This document shows positions 17,725 through 25,071 of a stretch of DNA of 28,695 nucleotides, in pieces. Each line of letters starts with the position of its first letter. Position 1 is the first letter of the stretch. Below the pieces are notes generated by a model. It did not search any database, was not told the origin of the DNA, and saw only the letters and a list, made by a program, of their open reading frames with translations. A program made the position numbers and the translations under genes. This stretch comes from Nitrospinota bacterium (GTDB taxonomy: Bacteria > Nitrospinota_A > UBA7883 > JACRLM01), in NCBI GenBank assembly GCA_015231995.1, contig JADGAO010000008.1, forward strand, positions 1 through 28,695, given 5' to 3'.

Positions 17725-17935
17725 TTGTCATTCTTGTGCGCCCCTTGTCATTCTGAACGAGCGCAGTGAAGTGAAGAATCCATCGAAGGAACATTTTGTT
17801 CTACTTTGATCCTTCGGTTGCCGGAGGCTCCCTCAGGATGACAAAAACATTGTCATTCTGAGCCCTTCGCTTTGCTCAGGGTAAACTCCGCGAAGAATCC
17901 ATCAAAAAATTTTTACTCTACTTCGATCTTTAACC
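17725..17935. repeat. Dispersed repeat family A (about two units plus the 'gtaaactccgcgaagaatccatc' module)
   Basis: 'gtcattctgaacgagcgcagtgaagtgaagaatccatc..gttctactttgatccttcgg..ggctccctcaggatgacaa..gtcattctgagcccttcgctttgctcagggtaaactccgcgaagaatccatc' matches units at 1650-1780, 21108-21275 and 22866-23115. Confidence 0.6.
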
Positions 17936-17996
17936 CGCCCTCTTGTCGAACAAGGGGCCGGGGTGAAGAACACCCCGGCATCCCACGATAGCCTCT

Positions 17997-19445
17997 TCAA
18001 TCGGCGTTCGGATTGTCGCTTACAACGGGTTTTGGGGCGCCTGAAACATCGGCGGACGCGATTTCCCTGCCCATATCCGGTTTTATGAAAACTGGCTTTA
18101 TATGTTTGTCCACATCCGGCTTGTTGTTGACGCAACGCAGTTTTTTGAACAGGAAGTCGAACTTGGCCTCCAGCTCCCCCCGCAGTTTGACCTTCGTCTC
18201 TTCGGGCATCGTCCACAGCTCTTCTTTGACCAGGCCAAAGCCTTTTTTGCGGGTCTTGTAGATGAACTGCTCCTCGGTCTGTCCTGATTTCCACTCGTCC
18301 TTGAAATTTTCCTTCAACAACGAATACATCTTCTCCCTCATAGCCTTTGGCAGATTGGGCGAATCGTAAATCATGTTCTGGAACCCCGTGGCCAGATGAA
18401 CCTCAGATGTCGTGGCTTCCGGGAACCTGTGGAACGCTTCGTCGGGCAGGGTGGAGGCGCCATGCTGAACCGCGCCTGAAAGACCATACTTCTCCCTGGC
18501 CGTTTTGCTCATTTTCTCCAGCGTATCGAAATCCAGTTTCACCTGGGCCACAGTGCCGTCCGGCAGTGGGATACCGCCGTGCGACGTGCCTGTCTGCACC
18601 GACACTTTGCTGATGCCCTTGAGATTGGCGCCATGTTTCTTGAGGCTGGCGTTATACCCGTCCATATAAGCGACCAGTTCCTCGACGGTGGAGTTTTTCT
18701 CCCCGACTTCGCCGATTTCACCGCCGACAGATACGGTCAATCCGGCAGGCTCCTGACTGCGGACATGGGCGGTAAGCTCCGCGCCGACTTCAAAATTAGC
18801 CCTCTGTTGCTCGTAAATTGTAGGCTTGGAGAGGTCAACGAGCGTGGAAGTGTCTATGTCTATGTTATAGAACCCGGCGGCAAGGGCCTCAGTGATGAGT
18901 TTTTTAAGGCCCTCTATCTCCTTGGCGGGATCGGCCTTGAATTTCTTGACGTTCACCTGGAAATGGTCGCCCTGCACAAACACTGGGCCACTCCAGCCTT
19001 CCTTGATTCCGGCGGCGAGCATGACGACGGCGTATTCGGCGGGACGCTGGAAAGTGTAATCAATCTCCGACTTTGCGATTTCGAATATGAACGGGCCGGA
19101 GCCGTTTTTGATTGCGGCGTGGAAAAGGGCGCGGGCCACGTCGTATGTCATTCCGCGGATGTTGACGGCGGGAACGGTGTAACCTTTCACCTCGCCTCTG
19201 CCCATCGCCTCGTACAACCCCTCTATGGAGGCGCAGTAAACTCCCAAATCCAGCCCGGCGGACTTTATCGCCCAACGCGCCGTTCCCCGTATTGCGGGCG
19301 TCTGTCCGAAAACGGCGTTATAAATGAGCAGGTCAATGGCCTTCTCGCGGAACGCCGCGCGATCGGACACTTTCACGGCGCCGTTGTCAACCTTGGCGCA
19401 GTTGGATATAGCGGCCAGAAGCTCTTTTTCGGTTTGAACTTTCAT
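17997..19445 (-). CDS. Class II fructose/tagatose-bisphosphate aldolase-family protein (long form, ~480 aa)
   Basis: Family motifs 'VQGDHF' (DH), 'VGGEIGEVGEK' (ELGxxGG-like), 'VQTGTSHGG' and 'VQHGASTLP' (HGgSG). The ~100-aa C-terminal extension is unusual for the family. Confidence 0.65.
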   Translation of the reverse strand: MKVQTEKELLAAISNCAKVDNGAVKVSDRAAFREKAIDLLIYNAVFGQTPAIRGTARWAIKSAGLDLGVYCASIEGLYEAMGRGEVKGYTVPAVNIRGMTYDVARALFHAAIKNGSGPFIFEIAKSEIDYTFQRPAEYAVVMLAAGIKEGWSGPVFVQGDHFQVNVKKFKADPAKEIEGLKKLITEALAAGFYNIDIDTSTLVDLSKPTIYEQQRANFEVGAELTAHVRSQEPAGLTVSVGGEIGEVGEKNSTVEELVAYMDGYNASLKKHGANLKGISKVSVQTGTSHGGIPLPDGTVAQVKLDFDTLEKMSKTAREKYGLSGAVQHGASTLPDEAFHRFPEATTSEVHLATGFQNMIYDSPNLPKAMREKMYSLLKENFKDEWKSGQTEEQFIYKTRKKGFGLVKEELWTMPEETKVKLRGELEAKFDFLFKKLRCVNNKPDVDKHIKPVFIKPDMGREIASADVSGAPKPVVSDNPNAD

Positions 19446-19617
19446 TGTCGCTCCCTCACCATTTTTGAAATGGGTTCACATGCAAGATCGCCCGTTCCCC
19501 CCTTTGGGAGAGGGCCGCCGCGATTACAACAAGACACACCAGCCATGTATTGCGCCAATACGATATCACAAGAGGGCGCCCCACGCCAGCCTGTCGATAA
19601 CCAAACGATTTCCATAT

Positions 19618-19675
19618 TTTGTCATCCTGAGGGAGCTCTAGCGACCGATCAAAGTATAATTGAACATTCTATCGT
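19618..19675. repeat. Half-unit of repeat family A followed by GC hairpin 'gcgggcg ggac gcccgc'
   Basis: 'ttgtcatcctgagggagctctagcgaccgatcaaagta' is the left arm of the family A unit. Confidence 0.5.
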
Positions 19676-19739
19676 TGCGGGCGGGACGCCCGCACTCCCA
19701 GGGAAAAAGCGCATGATTGGACTCCCTCGACCTGTTACA

Positions 19740-19762
19740 GGACATTCTTTAGACAAATGTCC
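19740..19762. promoter_or_regulatory. Perfect 7-bp inverted repeat GGACATT-N9-AATGTCC (candidate operator) upstream of the lipoprotein gene pair
   Basis: 'ggacattctttagacaaatgtcc', flanked by the further half-sites 'tgttacagg' / 'aacaggaca'. About 240 bp upstream of the 20001 start. Confidence 0.3.
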
Positions 19763-19944
19763 AAAAACAGGACAACATTAAGCGGCCTATCCTTCCAAAA
19801 CATTTCCAACGCCAAAACACGATGCTGGCCACCCATTTACAATCAATCAGTTATGCGTTGCCTTGTTTTTATGGAAATGGCATTGGTCGTGGCACATAAT
19901 GTGCTTTTTAAATTGAATCTTATCTGCATTTTGGCGGATCCGTA

Positions 19945-19975
19945 TTGGCGTTGAAAAACGTCATTTGGTTATAAT
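19945..19975 (+). promoter_or_regulatory. Candidate sigma70 promoter for lipoprotein gene 20001-20516
   Basis: Consensus -10 'tataat' at 19970-19975. Possible -35 'ttggcg' (19 nt spacer) or 'ttgaaa' (13 nt spacer). RBS 'GGGAGG' at 19985-19990. Confidence 0.35.
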
Positions 19976-20000
19976 GTTAATTTTGGGAGGATGTTTCGTA

Positions 20001-20516
20001 ATGAACAAGGTTTTTCTAAGGTACGCGTTGGCCGTCATGTTGGTGGTGACGCCTGCGATGATAGCCGCATGTGGTTCTTCATCTTCGTCTACGCCTAGTA
20101 GCTCCAGCACTAGCGGCGACTCTTCCACTAGCGGTGGCACGACCACGAGCGGCGGAACGACAACGAGCGGCGGCACCAGCGGTGACACTTCCACGAGCGG
20201 TGGAACGACCACCAGCGGCGGAACATCCACCAGCGGTGGCACGACCGGCACACCGGCCCCCGCCACTTGCACAGAGGGCGCGGCTGACGCTTATTACGGA
20301 ACGACTGTTACTCCGAATACGGCGATCACCATCACTGAAACCAGCGGCACGGTCATCACCACAACCAGCGGCGCCGACGGCAAGTTCTGCGTGACGGGCA
20401 ACCCGGCTGGCGGTTATGGTTCATCCACCGCCGCCGGCGCGATGGTCACCAGGCCGACCAACGGCTCCTGCGCCACTGGCGGGGCGTTGTGTCACAGCCT
20501 TCTGCCCCTGCGGTAG
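20001..20516 (+). CDS. Lipoprotein with Ser/Thr/Gly-rich repeat linker and C-terminal beta-sandwich-like (CarboxypepD_reg-like) domain; haem-less paralogue of the downstream gene
   Basis: ATG at 20001 preceded by GGAGG. Signal peptide plus lipobox 'MIAAC'. Linker '(TSGGTTTSGG)n'. C-terminal domain 'CTEGAADAYYGTTV..ITETSGTVITTTSGADGKFCVTGNPAGGYG..GSCATGGALCH' aligns with the downstream paralogue, but CTGCH is replaced by CTEGA. Confidence 0.6.
   Translation: MNKVFLRYALAVMLVVTPAMIAACGSSSSSTPSSSSTSGDSSTSGGTTTSGGTTTSGGTSGDTSTSGGTTTSGGTSTSGGTTGTPAPATCTEGAADAYYGTTVTPNTAITITETSGTVITTTSGADGKFCVTGNPAGGYGSSTAAGAMVTRPTNGSCATGGALCHSLLPLR
20075..20250 (+). repeat. Imperfect tandem nucleotide repeats (about 24-30 bp) encoding the (TSGGTTTSGG)n linker
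   Basis: Reiterated 'acgagcggcggaacgacaacgagcggcggcaccagcggtgac..acgagcggtggaacgaccaccagcggcgga'. Could undergo slippage or length variation. Confidence 0.5.
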
Positions 20517-20560
20517 ATTGCGGCCAACGCTTTCGCAAGACTGCGTGAGATAGTATAATT

Positions 20561-20596
20561 CGGCTCCCGGCGCTCATGCCGGGAGCCGTTTTTTTT
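20561..20596 (+). terminator. Rho-independent terminator (10-bp perfect stem, 8-nt loop, T8 tail)
   Basis: 'cggctcccgg cgctcatg ccgggagccg tttttttt', 45 bp after the stop of the 20001-20516 gene. Confidence 0.7.
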
Positions 20597-20615
20597 AGGG
20601 GGTTCGATACAGACA

Positions 20616-21038
20616 ATGAAAAGTTCGTTTCTAAGGTTGCTTGCCACTGGGTTTATAGCCTTGTCTCCCGTGATTATTTCCGCGTGTGGAGAGCATCAAA
20701 AACTTGGCGAAAGCGGAGCTGGCGGCTCATCTCATAACGAGGGACGCGACTGCACCGGGTGCCATACCGCCAATTACGCAGGCACTGTTTATAAGAGCGC
20801 GACTGGCGGCGTGGCGCCTAACGCCGTTGTCGTTATCACGGAAAACAACGGGACGGTTCTTGAAGTGACTGCGGACAATAGCGGCAATTTCTACACGTCC
20901 AGAGGCAACCCTTCCGGCGGGTACTCGGTCACCATCAGGGGAAACACGTTCGGCATGGTCAGCAAACCTACCAGCGGGGCATGTTCATCTGGCGGCTGTC
21001 ACGACGGGATAACCACGCTGGTAGTTCATAAGAACTGA
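20616..21038 (+). CDS. Small lipoprotein with CxxCH haem-c binding motif and beta-sandwich-like (CarboxypepD_reg-like) domain; putative monohaem c-type cytochrome
   Basis: Signal peptide plus lipobox 'IISAC'. 'RDCTGCHTANYAG' (CxxCH). 'AVVVITENNGTVLEVTADNSGNFYT..GNPSGGYSVTIRG' fits the GxVxDxxG..F....G.Y pattern of the CarboxypepD_reg fold. C-terminal 'GACSSGGCHDG' is a second Cys pair plus His. Confidence 0.6.
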   Translation: MKSSFLRLLATGFIALSPVIISACGEHQKLGESGAGGSSHNEGRDCTGCHTANYAGTVYKSATGGVAPNAVVVITENNGTVLEVTADNSGNFYTSRGNPSGGYSVTIRGNTFGMVSKPTSGACSSGGCHDGITTLVVHKN

Positions 21039-21057
21039 ATTCCGCTTAACAGTGGTC

Positions 21058-21090
21058 GCCTCGGTTTTTTTGCAGGGGCGACCCACCGGG
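21058..21090. repeat. Degenerate copy of hairpin family C ('caggggcgaccc acc gggggcc')
   Basis: Resembles the perfect hairpin at 27211-27243 ('gtaggggcgaccc ggt gggtcgcccctac'). Nested IRs 'ggtcgcc..ggcgacc' and 'cagtgg..ccactg'. Confidence 0.3.
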
Positions 21091-21107
21091 GGCCACTGCA
21101 AAGGATC

Positions 21108-21275
21108 CAGGATGACAATGTTCTTGTCATCCTGAGGGAGGCTCTGCGACCGAAGGATCAAAGTAGAATAGAATATTCTTTTTGATAGATTCTTCGCGTT
21201 GCTCAGAATGACAAACTCTGATGGATTCTTCGCGGAGTTTACCCTGAGTCCTCGAAGGGCTCGCAATGACAATCG
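21108..21275. repeat. Dispersed repeat family A (one full palindromic unit plus the 'gatggattcttcgcggagtttaccctgag' module)
   Basis: 'ttgtcatcctgagggaggctctgcgaccgaaggatcaaagtagaatagaatattctttttgatagattcttcgcgttgctcagaatgacaa'. Confidence 0.6.
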
Positions 21276-21372
21276 CAGGCGTCTTTCGCTTCAATACGGT
21301 TTTTTCAATTCCCCCTCACACCCTCTCCCGGTTACAATTCACTCTGATTTCAAATACCAGCGGAGTTTTCGC

Positions 21373-22863
21373 ATGATCGCAGGTTCCCATATACGGCGTC
21401 TACTACTGCTGTTGGCGTTATTGATCGCCCCTGCGGGAGAGGCCGGGGCAGAGTCGAGGACGGAACGGATCAACAACGCCGTCGTCAAGATTTTTTCCGT
21501 CATAAGGGAATCGAGCTATTTCCAGCCGTGGCAGTACGAAAGCTCCGTCAACGTAAGCGGCTCCGGCGTGATAATCTCCGGCAACCGGATACTTACAAAC
21601 GCCCATGTAGTCGCCGATTCCGTCTTCATAGAGGTCAAAAAAGCGGGCGACCCGCGCAAGTACACCGCGTCCGTGGAGGCTGTCGGCCACCAGTGCGACC
21701 TTGCGACGCTGAAGGTCAATGACGAGAGATTCTTCGACGGGGTCGTCCCGATAAAGTTCGGGGAGCTTCCAAGCCCGATGGATAAAATAACCGCGCACGG
21801 CTACCCCGAAGGCGGCGACGACATATCCGTCACCCAGGGGGTCGTCTCCCGGATCGAACAGGTGCGGTACGCCCACAGCGGGTTGAACCTTCTCGGCGCG
21901 CAGGTGGACGCCGCCATAAACCCCGGCAACAGCGGCGGCCCCGCCGTCAAGGGCGACAGGCTTATAGGGATCGTCATGCAGACCCTCTCCACAGCCCAGA
22001 ACATAAGTTATGTGATCCCCACCCCGATAATTCAGCATTTTCTCGATGATGTGAAAGACGGCGTATTCGACGGATTCCCCGAAGATGGGGTAACCATACA
22101 GAGCATGGAAAACGAGTCCCTGCGCAAGTATTACGGACTCACGGCAAAACATAGCGGCGTCCTCGTGATTGAAGTGGCCTACGGCGGGTCGGCCTGGGGC
22201 CTCATTAAACCCGACGACGTGATAACCTCCATTGACGGCGTTTCCATCGGCAACGACGGGGCGGCGCCGTTAAACAAAAAACTCCGGGCGCAGTGCGACC
22301 ATCTTGTGCAAAGGCGGTTTCTGGGCGACACGATAAAGTACGAGATTATCCGCGACAAGAAACCGATGACGTTGAGCCTGCGCCTTAAAAAATCTGCGCA
22401 ACTCGTCCCATACGAGCAGAGCGGAAAACCGCCCGCCTATTATATTTACGGCGGCCTTGTGTTCATGCCGCTTACGCTCAACTACCTGATGACGTGGGGA
22501 GAAATGTGGTGGAAGGAGGCTCCGGTGGATCTGCTACATGCGGAACTTAAGGAGCAACCGTCCGAAAAGCGCGGCGAGCTGGTGATCTTGCGCAAAGTCC
22601 TGGCCCATGAGGTAAACGCGGGATACCACGAGAGCCAGGACCGCATCGTCAAGAAGGTCAACGGAGCCACAGTCTCCAGTATGGCCGATCTTGTGATCAA
22701 GCTCAGGTCGCACAACGGCGCGTTCACCACGGTGGAGTTGGAAGACGGCGGAAGAATAGCGCTTAACACGCTGGCTGTGGCGAAGTCGAAAAACGAACTG
22801 TTGAAGCTTTACGGCATACAGAACGAAGCGTCGCCGGACCTGGCGGGATTGAAGGGGAAGTAG
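21373..22863 (+). CDS. Trypsin-like serine protease (S1, HtrA/DegP-like) with signal peptide and C-terminal PDZ-like region
   Basis: ATG at 21373 (RBS GGAG at -9). Signal 'MIAGSHIRRLLLLLALLIAPAGEAGA'. Catalytic triad context 'TNAHVV', 'CDLATLKV', 'GNSGGPAV'. The upstream part of the ORF-track ORF (21199-21372) lies in repeat sequence. Confidence 0.8.
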   Translation: MIAGSHIRRLLLLLALLIAPAGEAGAESRTERINNAVVKIFSVIRESSYFQPWQYESSVNVSGSGVIISGNRILTNAHVVADSVFIEVKKAGDPRKYTASVEAVGHQCDLATLKVNDERFFDGVVPIKFGELPSPMDKITAHGYPEGGDDISVTQGVVSRIEQVRYAHSGLNLLGAQVDAAINPGNSGGPAVKGDRLIGIVMQTLSTAQNISYVIPTPIIQHFLDDVKDGVFDGFPEDGVTIQSMENESLRKYYGLTAKHSGVLVIEVAYGGSAWGLIKPDDVITSIDGVSIGNDGAAPLNKKLRAQCDHLVQRRFLGDTIKYEIIRDKKPMTLSLRLKKSAQLVPYEQSGKPPAYYIYGGLVFMPLTLNYLMTWGEMWWKEAPVDLLHAELKEQPSEKRGELVILRKVLAHEVNAGYHESQDRIVKKVNGATVSSMADLVIKLRSHNGAFTTVELEDGGRIALNTLAVAKSKNELLKLYGIQNEASPDLAGLKGK

Positions 22864-22865
22864 GA

Positions 22866-23115
22866 CGTCATCCTGAGGGGGCTTCTCTTTGTCATTATGA
22901 GGGAGCTTTTTTTGTCATCCTGAGGGAGCCTTAGCGACCGAAGGATCAAAGTAGAACAGGATATTCTATTTGATAGATTCTTCGGCTTCGCCTCAGAATG
23001 ACAATACCACCGCTCAGAATGACAATGTTTTTTGTCATCCTGAGGGAGCCTTAGCGACCGAAGGATCAAAGTAGAATAAAGCATTCTTTTGATGGATTCT
23101 TCACTTCGTTCAGAA
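22866..23115. repeat. Two tandem full units (plus a partial) of palindromic repeat family A; the 3' unit supplies the stop codon of the heptosyltransferase gene
   Basis: Units at ~22905-23010 and ~23025-23115: 'ttgtcatcctgagggagccttagcgaccgaaggatcaaagtagaa(N5)attct(n)tttgat(r)gattcttc(N3-4)tcg(NN)tcagaatgacaat'. Left and right arms are imperfect reverse complements, giving a ~90-nt hairpin potential. Confidence 0.65.
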
Positions 23116-24093
23116 TGACAATGATCGCGCCGTTTCCACAATCTCGTCAACCGATACCGCTGTCATGCAACGGTGGTCTGTTGGACATTCGCGTTTGAAA
23201 CAGGGCGCGCAATCGGCCTTGTGCCGGATGACCGTCACGTTGGCTCCCAGCGGCTTTGTCTCCTCTGGCGACGTGGGGCCGAAAATAGCGATAGTCGGCG
23301 CGCCAAGCCCCGCAGAGATGTGCATGGGGCCGGTGTCGTTTGTGACATAGAGGGATAGGCGCGACATCACCGCCGCAAGCGTCGCAAGATCGGTCTTACC
23401 CACCAGCGATATCGCCTTGCTGTCTGCAAGCGTCATTATCTCCCGCTCCATCTCCCTGTCGGACTCCGCTCCAAGCAAAACCACATCCGCTCTTTCCGCA
23501 AGCCTGCCGATCAACTCCGCGTAACGATCCTTCGCCCACATCTTGGCGTGTCCGTATGTCGCGCCAAACCCCAGCCCGACAAGCGGACGCGCCGTCTTCG
23601 GCAACAGCTCATACGACCTTTGCAAGGCCGACGATGGAATGGTTAGGCTGACCGGCCCGATAGTTATCTCCGGGAATACCGCCTGCGCCACGCGAAGGTA
23701 ATAGTCGCTCATGTGCATGGAGTGAGGCTCTGGGCGTTTGACCCGATGGGTAAGCAGAACAGACCGGAAGTCGCTGGCGTAACCTGCGCGGACTGGAACG
23801 CCCGCCCGCCACATCTCCCACGCCGAACGGAACGAGTTTGGCAATATCAGCGCTGTGTCGTAACGCGCCTGCCGCACGGCGTTGATGGCGGAAGCGGAGT
23901 CGCCCTCCAGCTTTATCACATCGTCCACGCCGGGGATTATCGCGCCAAGCCCAGCCATGCCGCTTTTAATCATGAGGCTCACGGAAACGTCAGGGCGGCT
24001 TTTTTTGATAGCGCAGATCATAGGCGCGGACATCACGCAATCGCCCAGCCAGTTGGGCATACGGATGATCAGGCGTGATGGTGAAGATGTCAT
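23110..24093 (-). CDS. ADP-heptose:LPS heptosyltransferase (glycosyltransferase family 9, WaaF/WaaC-like)
   Basis: 'LIIRMPNWLGDCVMSAPMI' and 'TNDTGPMHISAGLGAPTIAIFGPTSP' match GT9 heptosyltransferase motifs. ATG overlaps the upstream stop (ATGA at 24090-24093). Confidence 0.85.
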   Translation of the reverse strand: MTSSPSRLIIRMPNWLGDCVMSAPMICAIKKSRPDVSVSLMIKSGMAGLGAIIPGVDDVIKLEGDSASAINAVRQARYDTALILPNSFRSAWEMWRAGVPVRAGYASDFRSVLLTHRVKRPEPHSMHMSDYYLRVAQAVFPEITIGPVSLTIPSSALQRSYELLPKTARPLVGLGFGATYGHAKMWAKDRYAELIGRLAERADVVLLGAESDREMEREIMTLADSKAISLVGKTDLATLAAVMSRLSLYVTNDTGPMHISAGLGAPTIAIFGPTSPEETKPLGANVTVIRHKADCAPCFKRECPTDHRCMTAVSVDEIVETARSLSF

Positions 24094-25067
24094 CGAACTT
24101 GCGCGGTTTTTGACGAGGCGGAAATTATCTCCATGTCACGCCGGATAGCTGTTATATCTTTTTCGCCGGGCCGTGTTTTCCAGCGTTTGTGAAACCATAG
24201 CCATTGCTCCGGCGCGTGGCGGATCGCCTCTTCGAGCGCGTCATTTATCTTCATCGTGATAAGCCGTATGTCGGCGGAGCGGTCGCCAGTGGGCTGGATG
24301 ATTATCTCCGGCCAGAACTTCGCCGTATATACGCCGGTGGTCTGGTCGAGAAAAGAAAAGTAGGGTATCACCGCAGACCCTGTCCGCAGGCTCGCCACCG
24401 CCGGGGTTACGACCGTCGCGCAAAGCTTGCCGAAAAACGGGACGAAGATGTTGTTGAACCCGGCGTTCTGATCCACCGCCACGGTGACAACCCCGCCTTC
24501 ACGAACCCTTTTGATTATCTCCATCGCGGAATGTTCGCGTTTTATCACTTTAAGCCCGGTGGCCATCCGGCAATCGTCGGTTATCCGGTCTACCCCCTCG
24601 TTGTCCACCGTGCGTATCACCGACCATACCGGAAACCCAAGCAGGGCCAACGCGCCGTTTGCCATTTCGAAATGGCCGGAATGGGCCGTGGCCAGTATCA
24701 CACCCTTGCCTCTGGCGTGGGCCTCTTTCAAAATCTCCAGCCCCTCGATTGTGACGATCTGCTCGGCCGTCTCCCTGTCGAGCGTCTTGAGTCTTCCCGC
24801 CTCCACAATGAACCTGCCGAAATGCAGGCACATCTTGCGCGTGATGGTTTTAAGTTTTTCCTCATCTTCGTCCGGGTAGAGATTCCGCATGTTCTCGACA
24901 GCGACTTTGACGCGCCCGCTCAACAAAAGAAATATCCAGAGAAGGTATCCCAACGCAGACCCTATCATCAGAGCGGTATTGCGGGGAACGGACTGGACAA
25001 GCTTTGCCAGCCCCAACACGGCGGCGTATCCTGCCTTGTCCGCGATGGAGCTGTGTTTGCCGCCCAT
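24090..25067 (-). CDS. Lipid A biosynthesis (lauroyl/myristoyl) acyltransferase, LpxL/HtrB family
   Basis: From ATG at 25065-25067 ('MGGKHSSIADKAGYAAVLGLAKLVQ..AVENMRNLYPDED..ATAHSGHFEMAN'), the family N-terminal pattern and HX4E motif. The longer upstream extension in the ORF track is not family-like and overlaps hisH. Confidence 0.78.
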   Translation of the reverse strand: MGGKHSSIADKAGYAAVLGLAKLVQSVPRNTALMIGSALGYLLWIFLLLSGRVKVAVENMRNLYPDEDEEKLKTITRKMCLHFGRFIVEAGRLKTLDRETAEQIVTIEGLEILKEAHARGKGVILATAHSGHFEMANGALALLGFPVWSVIRTVDNEGVDRITDDCRMATGLKVIKREHSAMEIIKRVREGGVVTVAVDQNAGFNNIFVPFFGKLCATVVTPAVASLRTGSAVIPYFSFLDQTTGVYTAKFWPEIIIQPTGDRSADIRLITMKINDALEEAIRHAPEQWLWFHKRWKTRPGEKDITAIRRDMEIISASSKTAQVR

Positions 25068-25071
25068 GGCG

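Noticed and set aside
18579-19781. 400-aa plus-strand ORF opposite the FBA-family gene
   Set aside because: It is an antisense shadow. The minus-strand frame has the class II aldolase motifs.
21039-21075. Rho-independent terminator after the haem-lipoprotein gene ('ggtcgcc tcggtttttttgcagg ggcgacc')
   Set aside because: The T-run sits inside the loop rather than 3' of the stem. The geometry does not fit an intrinsic terminator on either strand. It is recorded as a family C hairpin instead.
22866-23115. Possible CRISPR array (tandem direct repeats)
   Set aside because: The units are ~100-bp internal palindromes without uniform unique spacers. Identical units are dispersed singly across the window in both orientations, and no cas genes are present. 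A MITE/REP-like family is the better explanation.
22809-23150. 113-aa ORF encoding 'HCHSE..STLILRSLRLPQDDK' repeats (similar peptides in ORFs 20985-21272 and 26354-26704)
   Set aside because: It is a translation of the family A repeat element. The same peptide recurs wherever the repeat occurs, in both orientations, and always intergenic. It is not a gene.
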